Of a DNA stretch of 64,000 bases, positions 1 through 10,061 are shown in pieces. Source of the stretch: Vulcanimicrobiota bacterium (GTDB taxonomy: Bacteria > Vulcanimicrobiota > Vulcanimicrobiia > Vulcanimicrobiales > Vulcanimicrobiaceae); contig CAWHWQ010000001.1 of the NCBI GenBank assembly GCA_963833095.1, forward strand, positions 416,001 to 480,000, in the 5' to 3' direction. The translations under genes were made by a program, and so were the position numbers. Position 1 is the stretch's first letter. Every line of letters begins with the position of its first letter. The notes beneath the pieces are model-generated. The model ran no database searches, was not told the origin of the DNA, and saw only the letters and a list, made by a program, of their open reading frames with translations.

Positions 1-319
1 GATGCGATGGCGGATCGTGACGGGATCGATGTTGCTGCGCGTAGATATTCGTCGCCGTCGAGCAGCACGTTGCCGTCGACGCGTGCGCCGGGCGTGAGAT
101 CGTGCATCCGGTTGAGCGCGCGAATGAACGTCGATTTGCCGCAACCCGACGGGCCGATCAGCGCCATGACGCAGTGCTCCGGAACGCTCAGATTCGCGTT
201 TTTGATCGCGTGAAAGGTGCCGTAGTAGATGTCGAGATCACGCGCTTCAGCTTCGTAGAAGCCGGCGCACTGGTCAAGTCCGGGTTTGAGGCGATCATGC
301 GCGTTGTAAAGTTGTCCAT
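1..319 (-). CDS. pstB: Phosphate ABC transporter ATP-binding protein, partial (runs off the window; probable indels)
   Basis: Manual translation gives [48 protein letters not shown], with a Walker A motif and the PstB-type LNRM motif; adjacent to a PhoB/PhoR-like pair. Confidence 0.88.
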
Positions 320-402
320 ATTGGGAGAGCGGGTACGAGCGAATTGAGCCGACACTGTAGCAGCTCCTACGTCATCGCTGGAATGTTACTGAAATAGCCG
401 AC

Positions 403-428
403 TTAAGTGGTGATTAAGGGACATTAAG
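403..428 (-). promoter_or_regulatory. Putative Pho box (three CTTAA direct repeats)
   Basis: TTAAG on the + strand at 403, 414 and 424 (11 and 10 bp spacing), about 90 bp upstream of pstB. Confidence 0.55.
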
Positions 429-557
429 ATAAACGCCCTCGGCGAATGAGGCCGCGGGCGTAACTTCGGGAAAAACGTCTACGTACCACTCGCGAACGTC
501 CTGCAGCGTCAAAGCGCGACAGTACTCGTCGAGAAACGCCAGGATCTGCCGGCGCAT
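414..557 (-). CDS. Small hypothetical protein (47 aa)
   Basis: MRRQILAFLDEYCRALTLQDVREWYVDVFPEVTPAASFAEGVYLNVP*, preceded by a GAGGAG Shine-Dalgarno; too short for the ORF track. Confidence 0.5.
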   Translation of the reverse strand: MRRQILAFLDEYCRALTLQDVREWYVDVFPEVTPAASFAEGVYLNVP

Positions 558-632
558 CGTGCGCTCCTCAGACTCGGGTCACTTTGAACGCGACATCATG
601 GTCACGGTAGGCGCACGCAGATTAGGCCGGGC

Positions 633-1841
633 TTATCGCCTGTTTAAATGGAGCTGCTTCGTGCAGCTATACTCGAGGGCGACGCGCATGATCGGCATGC
701 GGATCGTAAACAGTCGTGCCGCGTCCCAACGTCGATTCCGCCGAAATCGTCCCGCCGTGCGCGTCGATGATGCCCTTGACGATCGCGAGGCCCAGACCGG
801 CGCCGCCGCTTTCGCGCGTTCGCGACCGATCGACCACGTAAAAGCGCTCGAAGATATGCGGCAAGTCGCGATACGGAATGCCCATCCCCGTGTCGCGTAC
901 GCGCACGACCGCATCGCTGCCGCGCGCGTCCAATTCGACCTTGACGCGACCGCCGCCCGAGGGCGTGTGACGAATCGCGTTGTCGATCAAGTTCACGAAG
1001 ACTTGGGACGAGACGATCTGGGTCGGCCTCGACCGAACCGGCCGCGAGCGTCAGCAGCTCGAGCTTGACGCCTTTGTTCGCGGCCTGCGGCTCGAACGAC
1101 GCGACGATCGGATGCGCAACTTCTTCGAGATCGATTTCGCGAAGATTCAGCTTGAGCTGTCCCGATTCGGCGCGCGCTTGTTCGAGCAGTTGCTGCACCA
1201 GCGCTGCTAAGCGGTCGACTTGCGCCAGCGCTTGCGGCAAGAAGAGATCGGCGGCTTCGTCGTCGGGCGACTCGATCACGGTCTCGAGCATCAGTTTGAT
1301 CGACGAAAGCGGCGTGCGCAGCTCGTGCGAGACGTTGGAAAGAAACTCTTTGCGCGCGCGATCCAGACGCACAAGATCGGTCTGATCTTCGGCAAACACC
1401 ACGACGCGCTCCCGATTCGCCTTCATCGCCGATCGGATAAACCGAAACGCCGTAGGTACGCCGCTCCGTCGCGCCGCGACGATGAACGGCGCGACCGAGG
1501 CCTCTCCCGCAGCGCTTCGTCGATTCGGCGTTCGAACTCGACGTTGGGAATCGCCTCGATGACGTGCGAGCCGATCGCGCGCTCCGCGTCGAAACCGAAG
1601 ATCGCCCCGGCAGCCGAATTGGCGAACTCGATCCGCGCACTGCGATCGACGAACACGACACCGATCGGCAAAGCGCGCGACCAGTCGCACGAATCGCGCC
1701 TCACTCTGCGCGTCGTTGATCACCGTCCGAGGCGTCGCTACGCTCGGGTTCACTGGCTGCCGCGCATGCGCGCGAAGCGCCCACGCCGAGAAGCGCTCCG
1801 GCCAAGAGCGCTGCCACGACGAGCAGACCGACCCAGATCAT
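633..1841 (-). CDS. phoR: PhoR-like PAS sensor histidine kinase (frameshifted in assembly)
   Basis: H-box FLSNVSHELRTPL, N-box NLIDNAIRHT, DTGMGI, FERFY, GAGLGLAI, a PAS segment and an N-terminal TM, spread over several frames. Confidence 0.8.
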
Positions 1842-1855
1842 GGTTTGGGGAAGCT

Positions 1856-2578
1856 CTACGATCTTGAACATATAGCCGCGGCTGACGCACCGTGATGATG
1901 TGCCGCGGCGATACGTGAGTCTTCTTCGATCTTTTCGCGCAGCCAGCGAATGTGCACGCTGACCGTTTGCTGCTCGCCTTCGAAGTCGTAGCCCCACACC
2001 TTATCGAGAAGCGTTTGCCGGGTGACGACGCGGCCGTTGTTTTCCATCAAGACGCGCAACAACGCAAATTCTTTCGGCGCCAGCGCGACGTCTTTGCCGC
2101 GAACGATGAGTTGCTGGCGCGAAGGATCGAGCACAATCTCGCCGAGCGAGATCGCTTCGTCGTGCCCGACTTGGATCGGCGTTTGGCGGCGCAGCCGCGC
2201 TTTGACGCGCGCGAGAAACTCGTGCAGCGCAAACGGTTTGGTGACGTAGTCGTCGGCGCCGAGCTCCAGCGCCAGAACTTTGTCGATCTCTTGGTCCTTC
2301 GCGGTGAGCATGATGATCGGCACCGAGCTGAATTTGCGAATTTCTTTACACGCCTCGATGCCGTCGAGCACGGGAAGCATGATGTCGAGCACCACGAGAT
2401 CGGGCTGTTCGCGCTGCGCCATCGCGATCGGCGCTGCGGCCGTCGCTCGCGGTCACGACGGTATAGCCGCTGCGTTCCAGGTTGAAGCGCAGCGTCTGCA
2501 AGATTGCGGACTCGTCGTCGACGACCAGGATCTTCTTATTGAAGTCCGGGCTCTTGACAAACGCCCCGCGCGTTTCAT
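1856..2578 (-). CDS. phoB: OmpR/PhoB-family response regulator (frameshifted; start uncertain)
   Basis: KILVVDDE, DLVVLDIMLP, GADDYVTKPF and winged helix VSVHIRWLREKIE; next to the kinase and pstB. Confidence 0.8.
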
Positions 2579-3459
2579 CTCCAGCGATCCGTTCATACGA
2601 TTTGGCGATCGCGCTGTAATCCAGCGCGCCGTCTCCTTCGCGGATTGGTCAGTGTACAGCTGGTAGGCAAGCTCCGTCAGCCGGCATCGAGAAATCGATC
2701 GCTCGAGCCGCGTCCAGTGCCGCCGCCAGATCTTTGCGCAGGAGATCGAGGCGAAACCGCCCTCGAACGTTCCGGCCAGCCACGTCTTGGGCAACCATTG
2801 CTCCAGAAGGTAGTTCGAACCCGTCGCCGTTGCAAGAACTTTTCGAACGTCGTCGAGATCGGCTCCGGCCCGCTTCCGCAAAGACTAAGCGCCTCAGCGT
2901 TGGCGATCATAACGTTGGAGATCATGATCTGATTGACGAGTTTTACCGTCTCGCCCATGCCGATGCCGCCGAGCGGTGCGGCGTGCCCATTGCCAGCAGG
3001 ATGGGCTCGACCGCGCAAAAATCGTCGGCTCGGCGCCGACCATGATCGTCAGCGTGCCGGTTGTGGCCCGCGCCGGGCCCCCGCTGACCGGCGCATCGAC
3101 GAAATCCACGCCCGCTTCCGCGAGACGTTTGGCGAACTTCTGCGACGCGATCGGCGAGATCGTCGACATGTCGATTGCAACGCTGCCCTTGGCCAGGCCC
3201 TTGGCGGCCCCGCGCTCGCCAAAGAGCACCTCTTCTACTTGCGGCGCATCGGGCACGCAGGTAATCACGACTCGCTGGCAGCCGCAACGGCCGCCGGATC
3301 GGCCGCCTCTTTGACCCCGTCGGCAACGAGCCGCTCGAGCGCGTCGCGGCGCTTATGGGCCGCAACGGTTACGGCAAATCCGGCACGCAGCAACGAGCGA
3401 ACCATCGGCTCACCCATCGCGCCGAGACCGAGAAATCCAAGGGGGAAACGCGCATCCAT
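2540..3459 (-). CDS. NAD(P)-dependent beta-hydroxyacid dehydrogenase (3-hydroxyisobutyrate dehydrogenase/tartronate semialdehyde reductase family), frameshifted
   Basis: GFLGLGAMGEPM, DMSTISP, FVDAPVSGG, KLVNQ, LDYSAI. Confidence 0.85.
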
Positions 3460-3512
3460 CACCGCCGCGTCGTTTTACAGGCACCCTCACGCTCCTGGCC
3501 GAAGCGGCTGCC

Positions 3513-4436
3513 ATGAGCATTGCAACCCCTGCCGTCAGGCGCCCGACGTTCGACCAATTGAACCTTTCCACGGGCAAACGCACGCGTCTACATCGCTTGA
3601 TGTACGAACACGGACCAGCCAACGGCACGCTGATGATTCTGCCGATCGACCAGGGCCTCGAGCACGGCCCGATCGATTTCTTCGACAACCCCGAATCGAT
3701 CGACACCGATTGGATCTACCGGCTTGCCGTCGAGGGGAATTTCTCCGGCATCGCGCTTCACATGGGCCTGGCGGAAAAATATCACAAACACTACGCCGGC
3801 CGCGTTCCGCTCGTGCTCAAAATCAACGGCAAAACGAATGTGCCTTCCGATGACGAAGCGTTCTCCTCGCTGACGTCATCGGTCGAAGATGCGGTGCGCC
3901 TCGGCGCGGACGCGGTCGGCTACACGCTGTTCGTCGGAAGCCCGTCGCAAGACGTGGACATCGCGCAGTGCAACGAAGTGCGTCGCGAATGCGAACGCTA
4001 CGGTATGCCGTTGATCATCTGGGCGTATCCGCGCGGATCAGCGATGAAAGCCAAAGGCGGGATCGATTCACTCTACGCCGTCGATTACGCCGCGCGCGTT
4101 GCATGCGAAATCGGCTGCGACATCGTCAAACTCAACGAACCGAAGTGGGACGCGGCCACCGCCGACAAACTGCCCAAGCCGTACAACACCTTGCAGTTCA
4201 CCGACGTCGAAGGCTTGCGCAAGGTCGTAAAATCAGCCGGGCGCACGCTCGTGCTGGTTTCGGGCGGCAGCAAGATGGGCGACGAGGACACGATCAAAAA
4301 AGCCCACGCCGCAATGGAAGCCGGCTGCGTCGGGCTGATCTTCGGCCGGAACATGTGGCAACGCAAATGGGACGCCGCCATCGCGATGAGCTCGAGCATG
4401 CACGACGTCCTCAACAACTACGGCCAAGAAGAATAG
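3513..4436 (+). CDS. fbaB: Class I fructose-bisphosphate aldolase (DhnA/FbaB type)
   Basis: LPIDQGLEHGP, AVRLGADAVGYT, WAYPRG, DIVK (Schiff-base Lys), SGG, GRN. Confidence 0.9.
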   Translation: MSIATPAVRRPTFDQLNLSTGKRTRLHRLMYEHGPANGTLMILPIDQGLEHGPIDFFDNPESIDTDWIYRLAVEGNFSGIALHMGLAEKYHKHYAGRVPLVLKINGKTNVPSDDEAFSSLTSSVEDAVRLGADAVGYTLFVGSPSQDVDIAQCNEVRRECERYGMPLIIWAYPRGSAMKAKGGIDSLYAVDYAARVACEIGCDIVKLNEPKWDAATADKLPKPYNTLQFTDVEGLRKVVKSAGRTLVLVSGGSKMGDEDTIKKAHAAMEAGCVGLIFGRNMWQRKWDAAIAMSSSMHDVLNNYGQEE

Positions 4437-4572
4437 CTGATTCGAGGTAGGCCTGCGACATTCGGCCGAACGCGTTAGCCGAAGCGGCGAGCGACCCTGA
4501 CCTTACGTGTCCGAGCCGCGAGGCGCTTAGTGAGGCCGAATGTCGCAGGCCGTGCCTCGAAAATCAGCTATT
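4432..4572 (+). repeat. Structured dispersed repeat, family A, copy 1
   Basis: Long inverted repeat GGCCTGCGACATTCGGCC/GGCCGAATGTCGCAGGCC enclosing a core shared with 9387-9490 and 22990-23080. Confidence 0.85.
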
Positions 4573-4584
4573 ATTTACAGCAGA

Positions 4585-4842
4585 ATGATCGAATCTCAGG
4601 CGGGCATCGCGAGCGAAGAGTCTCTCGAGGAACGGGTCAACCGGGCCCTTGATAAGGTGCGCCCGTTGATTCAGGCCGACGGCGGCGAGGTGTGGCTGAT
4701 CCGCGTCGACGGCAGCACAGCGTATGTCCAGATGCTGGGCGCCTGTGGCGGATGCCCGGCGTCCAACATGACGCTCAAAGGCGCCATCGAGGCCGTCGTG
4801 ACGGCCGACGTCCCCGAAGTCACCGAAGTCCTGCAAGTATAA
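4585..4842 (+). CDS. NifU/NfuA-domain Fe-S cluster carrier protein
   Basis: VRPLIQADGGEV, GACGGCPAS, TLK; start taken at the ATG outside the repeat. Confidence 0.88.
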   Translation: MIESQAGIASEESLEERVNRALDKVRPLIQADGGEVWLIRVDGSTAYVQMLGACGGCPASNMTLKGAIEAVVTADVPEVTEVLQV

Positions 4843-4896
4843 TCCGGCGAGCGGCGTTCAGGCGAGCGGCTTTAAGCGAATCCTGAACGCCCGAGC

Positions 4897-5133
4897 CTAT
4901 GCGCAGTGGCTGCAGTAGTAGCTCACGGCCCCGTCATGCACTTGGGGCACCATGTGCTCGCGCGAACCGCGCCGTCCGCAATTTGCGCAGGCATATGTCG
5001 CGCCGATCGCCGGGACGGTGGCGGCCTCGTGCCGTTTGGCAAACCAGACGGCGAAGTAGATGGCGAGCCCGAGTACGAGCGGGGCCCACGCGAAGAAGTC
5101 GCGGAGTGCGTCTTGTGAAACGACTGGATTCAT
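4897..5133 (-). CDS. Small membrane-anchored zinc-ribbon protein
   Basis: TM segment followed by CANC...CSHC; purine-rich RBS upstream. Confidence 0.65.
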   Translation of the reverse strand: MNPVVSQDALRDFFAWAPLVLGLAIYFAVWFAKRHEAATVPAIGATYACANCGRRGSREHMVPQVHDGAVSYYCSHCA

Positions 5134-5199
5134 AACGGATTCCCTTCATTCGCACGACCGCCGCAAGAGCCCTCGGAACCGGGACCGAAGCTCGTCGGA

Positions 5200-6033
5200 A
5201 TGAACACAGAGGGGTCGCTGCGCGACGGGCTCATTGCCCATCTCGAGCGCACCCGCGTGCTGCGCGACCCGCGCATCGCGGCAACCTTGCGCGCCGTAAG
5301 CCGGCAGCGCTTCATTCCCACGATGTCGCCTGAGGAAGCGTATGAAGATAAGGCGCTCGCGATCAAAGAGCGCGATGGCCTTGTCATCTCGTCGATCTCG
5401 CAGCCTTCGATGATCGTGCACATGCTCGAACTTCTCGACGTGCATTTGGGCGATCGCGTACTAGAAATTGGAACGGGAACCGGGTACAACGCGGCGTTGC
5501 TTGCGCAACTCGCCGGCGCGGCGAACGTCGTCAGCGTCGAGATCGAACGCGACTTGCTTCAAGCAGCGCGTACGGCGCTCGACGAGCAGGGCTGCCGGCT
5601 CGTCAGACTCGTTCACGCCGAGGAGCTTACGGGTGTGCATCAGCCGTTCGATCGCATCATCGTGACGGCGCGTTCGAACGACATCGATCCGAATTGGTGG
5701 CGGCTGCTCGGGCCAAACGGACGCATCGTGGTTCCGCTCGACATCGGCTACGGTGGCGAGCGCGCAATCGGATTCGTGCGCGAGGGCATGCGGCTCCGCA
5801 GCCTGGGATCGTACGCGTGCTCATTCGTGGAACTGCGCGGCGGGAACGTGGATCGCGATCCGGCGATGTTCTTTCGATCGCGCGGAGTGCGCTACGAACG
5901 CGAACCGGGCGCGAGTACACCGCTCGATGTGGTTGCGATCGAGCGGGTCAACGCCGATGCCTCACTGCTGGAGGGAGCAGACGCAGTGGTGGCCCGCCCT
6001 CACACGCTTTTCGCGGTTACGCGGACTTTTTGA
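5200..6033 (+). CDS. Protein-L-isoaspartate O-methyltransferase family protein
   Basis: SSISQPSM, VLEIGTGTGYNAALLA, PFDRIIVTA, GRIVVP. Confidence 0.85.
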   Translation: MNTEGSLRDGLIAHLERTRVLRDPRIAATLRAVSRQRFIPTMSPEEAYEDKALAIKERDGLVISSISQPSMIVHMLELLDVHLGDRVLEIGTGTGYNAALLAQLAGAANVVSVEIERDLLQAARTALDEQGCRLVRLVHAEELTGVHQPFDRIIVTARSNDIDPNWWRLLGPNGRIVVPLDIGYGGERAIGFVREGMRLRSLGSYACSFVELRGGNVDRDPAMFFRSRGVRYEREPGASTPLDVVAIERVNADASLLEGADAVVARPHTLFAVTRTF

Positions 6034-6265
6034 AATAGTCAGCGTTGATAGCGACGAAATTTTGCCATTTCTCGGGAATGTCGGAATCGGCGAAGATCGC
6101 TTCGACCGGGCACGCCGAAACACAGGCTCCGCAATCGATGCACACTTCAGGGTCGATGAAGAGTTGCTCGTCGTTCTCGCCCCCGTGAATACAGTCCACG
6201 GGGCAGACGTCAACGCACGATTTGTCCTTGGTTCCGATGCACGGCTCGGTGATGATATACGCCAT
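6017..6265 (-). CDS. 7Fe-type ferredoxin
   Basis: CIGTKDKSCVDVCPVDCI and CIDCGACVSACPVEAI. Confidence 0.93.
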   Translation of the reverse strand: MAYIITEPCIGTKDKSCVDVCPVDCIHGGENDEQLFIDPEVCIDCGACVSACPVEAIFADSDIPEKWQNFVAINADYFKKSA

Positions 6266-6303
6266 AACACGCGATTATTGGCAACGCCTGGAGCCGACGC
6301 CTG

Positions 6304-6567
6304 CTATACGGTCGAGCGTCTCCCGGAGATCGCGCGAACGACCCAGAGCAGCACTACGGCGCCGATCAGCGCGCACACGAAGCTGCCGAGATTGAACCCG
6401 GTCACGCCCACATGGCCGAACAACTCGAAGATCCAGCCGCCAAGCACGGCTCCGACAATTCCGACAATTAAATCGCCGAGGATGCCGCCCGGGCCCTCGC
6501 CCGGAACGAACCAGCGTGCAACCGCGCCCACGATGATCCCGAAGAGAATCCATAACAGAATGCCCAT
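6304..6567 (-). CDS. GlsB/YeaQ/YmgE family membrane protein
   Basis: WILFGIIVGAVARWFVPG, GIVGAVLGG, ALIGAVVLL; GAGGGAG RBS. Confidence 0.9.
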   Translation of the reverse strand: MGILLWILFGIIVGAVARWFVPGEGPGGILGDLIVGIVGAVLGGWIFELFGHVGVTGFNLGSFVCALIGAVVLLWVVRAISGRRSTV

Positions 6568-6642
6568 TGCTCCCTCACTCTCTTTTCCAAGGGTACCCTG
6601 TTGCCGCGTTACGAAACCCCCGGGAGCGCCGTTAGGAGCAAC

Positions 6643-7356
6643 ATGAACAGAACGCTCGCCCTGCTTACTCTTTTCCTGGTCTCGACCTCTGTCGCGGGCG
6701 CCGCGGCAACCGTTACGCATATCACGGTCAGTGGTGAAGGCACCGTCGCCGTGATGCCGGACGAGGCCACGATACGCGCGTCGATCGTCACGAATGCGGA
6801 TCGCGCCGATGACGCCGTTTCGCAGAACAATACCACCTACGCGCGCATCGTCGCGGCGACGCAGGCGCAGGGCGTCGCGCGCAATGACGTGACGCTCGCC
6901 GATTACAATCTCAATTTCAACCCGCGGCCGAATCCCATGCCCAGCGACGGCGGATTCGCAGCGTCGCAACGCTACGGATACATCGTGTCGCGCACCTTTG
7001 ATATCAAGGTACGTGCAATAGCGAAAGCCGGCGCCGTTGTCGACGCGATCACCAAAGCTGGGGTCACCAACGTCGAGGGCGTCTCGTTCGGCGCATCGGA
7101 TCCTTCACACGCGCGCGCGCAGGCCACGTCCAAAGCATTTGCCGACGCCCGCCTCAAGGCGGATGAGGTTGCGAAGGCCGCCGGTCTACATATCACCGGG
7201 ATAGGGCGGATCGAGTTCGGCGGCAGCGCGCCCGTGGTGCCGATGATGCGCATGGCCGCGATGTCGGCTGCAGCAGCACCCGCGCCGACCGTCTTGGACG
7301 CCGGAAATGTGAGCGTAAGCGCTAGCTTGACCGTTGTCTTTCTGGCAGCGCATTAA
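6643..7356 (+). CDS. SIMPL (DUF541/YggE) domain secreted protein
   Basis: Signal peptide, [35 protein letters not shown]. Confidence 0.88.
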   Translation: MNRTLALLTLFLVSTSVAGAAATVTHITVSGEGTVAVMPDEATIRASIVTNADRADDAVSQNNTTYARIVAATQAQGVARNDVTLADYNLNFNPRPNPMPSDGGFAASQRYGYIVSRTFDIKVRAIAKAGAVVDAITKAGVTNVEGVSFGASDPSHARAQATSKAFADARLKADEVAKAAGLHITGIGRIEFGGSAPVVPMMRMAAMSAAAAPAPTVLDAGNVSVSASLTVVFLAAH

Positions 7357-7397
7357 CGAAAGCGAAACCGTCGCCGCCGGGGAGAGTAGAGGAAGGC

Positions 7398-9308
7398 ATG
7401 ACCAATACCACCTGCGAGTCGTGCGGCCGGCGACCGTCCACCACGGTTGTCGGACGAAGCGCCCTGTGCAACGCGTGCGCCCAGCGTAAATCTGCCACCA
7501 GCGCGTTGCCCTTTCTCGGTGCAGCGCTCGCTGCAGCCGGGTTGATCGCAGGCGGCGCCATGGTGATCGAAAATCGTGAAGAAATCTCGCGCCGTTTCTC
7601 GATGACGGGCGGCACGCCCACGCTCCAATCATTTTCCCGCGATCTCACCGACCTGGCGCGCGCCGGCAAACTCGATCCGGTCGTCGGCCGCGACGACGAG
7701 ATCGAACGCCTCGTATCGATCCTCGCACGGCGCAGCAAGAACAATCCGGTACTGATCGGAGAGCCCGGCGTCGGCAAGACCGCGATTGTCGAGGGTCTTG
7801 CTCAACGCATCGTGGCCGGCAGCGTGCCTTCCTCTCTTCGCAACAAACGCGTGCTCGCGCTGGCACTGGGTCCACTCGTTGCGGGCACGAAGTACCGCGG
7901 TGAATTCGAAAGCCGCATCAAGCGGATTCTGGATGAGGTCAAGCGCAGCGCGCGTGACGTGATTCTGTTCATCGACGAAATGCATACGCTGGTCGGCGCG
8001 GGCGCTGCGGAGGGGGCACTCGACCTCTCGTCGATGATCAAGCCCGAACTTGCGCGTGGCGATTTACAGTGCATCGGAGCAACGACGTTTGACGAATATC
8101 GCAAATACGTCGAGTCGGATGCGGCGCTCGAGCGGCGCTTCCAACCGGTCATGGTGAACGAACCGACTATCGAGGCGACGATTGCTATCTTGCGCGGTCT
8201 GCGCGCGAAATACGCCGAGCACCATAAAGTGACGATCACCCCCGAGGCAATCGACGCTGCTGCGAATCTCTCGGCTCGCTACATTGCGGATCGCTTCTTA
8301 CCCGACAAAGCGATCGATTTGATGGACGAAGCCGCGGCTAACGTTGCGCTGGCGAACAAGGGCGCCTTCGACCACCCGTCGGTGACCGCCGAACACGTCG
8401 CTGCGGTCGTGACCAAGTGGACCGGGATTCCGCAGCAGACGCTCACGGAGACGCAGGCCAATGCGCTACTCGAACTCGAGGTTACGCTCGCGCGTCGCGT
8501 GATCGGACAAGCGCAAGCGATAGCCAAAGTGTCTGAGGCGATTCGCCGCGCACGCGCGGGATTGCACGATCCGCGTAAGCCCTTGGGTAGCTTTCTTTTC
8601 GCAGGTCCGAGCGGCGTCGGCAAAACCGAGCTCGCCAAAGCCCTCGCAGCCGCACTTTTCGGCACCGAAGACGCGCTCGTGCGCATCGATCTCTCCGAAT
8701 TCACCGAAGCCCACACGGTTTCGCGCCTGCTCGGCGCGCCGCCGGGATATGCCGGTCACGACGAACCGGGGCAATTGACCGAGCCCGTACGGCGCAGGCC
8801 GTATTGCGTGATTCTCTTTGACGAACTCGAGAAAGCGCACCCCGACGTCGCCAACGTGCTCTTGCAAATACTGGACGACGGCCGTGTAACCGATGCCAAA
8901 GGGCGCACGATCGACTTCCGCCACGCGCTCATCGTGCTGACGACCAATCTCGAGGATGACCAGATCGGCGACTACCTGCGGCCCGAATTCTTGAACCGCA
9001 TCGACGATCGCGTACGCTTTAACGAACTGCAACTCCCCGACATCGAAGCGATCGTGGAGATCCACGTCGATGCGCTCGTGCAGCGCATGGGCGCGCGCAA
9101 TTTGCACCTGCGGCTCTCCGACGACGCAAAGGCTTACTTGGCAAGAGTCTCAATGGGCGCGGGAAGCGGCGCACGCTACGTGCAGCGCACGGTCTCGCAC
9201 TACATCTCGACGCCCCTCTCGACGGCGATTTTACGCGGCGAGCTGCGTGAAGGCGGCACCGCCAACGTCACCCTCGCGGGCGACGAACTCGTTGTACGAG
9301 CGGCGTAG
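7398..9308 (+). CDS. Clp/Hsp100 double-AAA+ ATPase with an atypical N-terminus
   Basis: [58 protein letters not shown]. Confidence 0.93.
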   Translation: MTNTTCESCGRRPSTTVVGRSALCNACAQRKSATSALPFLGAALAAAGLIAGGAMVIENREEISRRFSMTGGTPTLQSFSRDLTDLARAGKLDPVVGRDDEIERLVSILARRSKNNPVLIGEPGVGKTAIVEGLAQRIVAGSVPSSLRNKRVLALALGPLVAGTKYRGEFESRIKRILDEVKRSARDVILFIDEMHTLVGAGAAEGALDLSSMIKPELARGDLQCIGATTFDEYRKYVESDAALERRFQPVMVNEPTIEATIAILRGLRAKYAEHHKVTITPEAIDAAANLSARYIADRFLPDKAIDLMDEAAANVALANKGAFDHPSVTAEHVAAVVTKWTGIPQQTLTETQANALLELEVTLARRVIGQAQAIAKVSEAIRRARAGLHDPRKPLGSFLFAGPSGVGKTELAKALAAALFGTEDALVRIDLSEFTEAHTVSRLLGAPPGYAGHDEPGQLTEPVRRRPYCVILFDELEKAHPDVANVLLQILDDGRVTDAKGRTIDFRHALIVLTTNLEDDQIGDYLRPEFLNRIDDRVRFNELQLPDIEAIVEIHVDALVQRMGARNLHLRLSDDAKAYLARVSMGAGSGARYVQRTVSHYISTPLSTAILRGELREGGTANVTLAGDELVVRAA

Positions 9309-9312
9309 TCTC

Positions 9313-9567
9313 GCTCTTGTCATCCCGAGCGTGGCAATTGAACGCGAAGCGTTCATAAGCGTAGTCGAGGGAGCGACGAAGCGTTCCGGCTTCGGCGTTC
9401 GGCTGAACGGGTTAGCCGAGCGGCGAGCACCCTGACAATGTAGCTTTGTGCGAGACGCGAGGCGCTTAGTGAGGCCGAACGCCGAAGCCGATGGCGCGTG
9501 GCGCTCCCTCGACTACGCTGCGCTACGCTCGGGATGACAAAAAGGCTACGCTCGGGATGACAAGAGC
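9313..9567 (+). repeat. REP-like palindrome (TGTCATCCCGAGCGT...ACGCTCGGGATGACA) containing family A copy 2
   Basis: Terminal inverted repeats with a duplicated right end; same arms as 22941-23135; lies between convergent genes. Confidence 0.85.
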
Positions 9568-9572
9568 CGAGG

Positions 9573-10061
9573 CTACAGAATCGACTTGATGTCGGCGGTG
9601 AGCTGCGCGCTCGAGAGCTGGCCGACTTCGATTCGACGAATGACCCCAGCTTTGTCGATGAAGACGCCGACCGGCATGCCATTGATCGAATACAGATCGC
9701 TCAGCGTGCCCGAATCAACCACCGCGGGGTACGTGAGCTGGTGCTGTTCGACGAACTGCTTGGCCTTTTGCGCATTCTCTTCCACGTCAACGCCGATCAC
9801 TTGCAGGCCCTGTGATGCGTACGCCTTATAGGCTGCGTTGACTTCGGGGGCTTCGTCGTTACACGGAGGGCACCAGGTCGCAAAGAAATCCATAAAGACC
9901 GGCTTCCCGCGTAGCTGCGCCATCGTCAACGAACCCCCGCTGACCAATGGGTCCTTCCAGTCGGGCGCCGACTCGCCGATGCGCGCCGTTGCTCCCACAC
10001 CGTGGCCGTTGCAGCCTGCGAGCAGCAAAGCTGCCGCGGCAATCATCAATCGTCTAACCAT
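9573..10061 (-). CDS. TlpA/ResA-family thioredoxin-like lipoprotein
   Basis: Lipobox LLAGC, FFATWCPPC. Confidence 0.88.
   Translation of the reverse strand: MVRRLMIAAAALLLAGCNGHGVGATARIGESAPDWKDPLVSGGSLTMAQLRGKPVFMDFFATWCPPCNDEAPEVNAAYKAYASQGLQVIGVDVEENAQKAKQFVEQHQLTYPAVVDSGTLSDLYSINGMPVGVFIDKAGVIRRIEVGQLSSAQLTADIKSIL

Noticed and set aside
4520..4552. Hammerhead ribozyme suggested by TGAGGCCGAA...AGGCC
   Set aside because: No CUGANGA plus GAAA core in the right arrangement; the sequence is the closing stem of the repeat
4850..4892. Hairpin GGCGTTCAGG/CCTGAACGCC weakly similar to 51766-51788
   Set aside because: Similarity too short to call a repeat family; probably a terminator between convergent genes
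9313..9567. Possible CRISPR array from the duplicated GCTACGCTCGGGATGACAA
   Set aside because: Only two copies, no unique spacers and no cas genes; part of a REP palindrome
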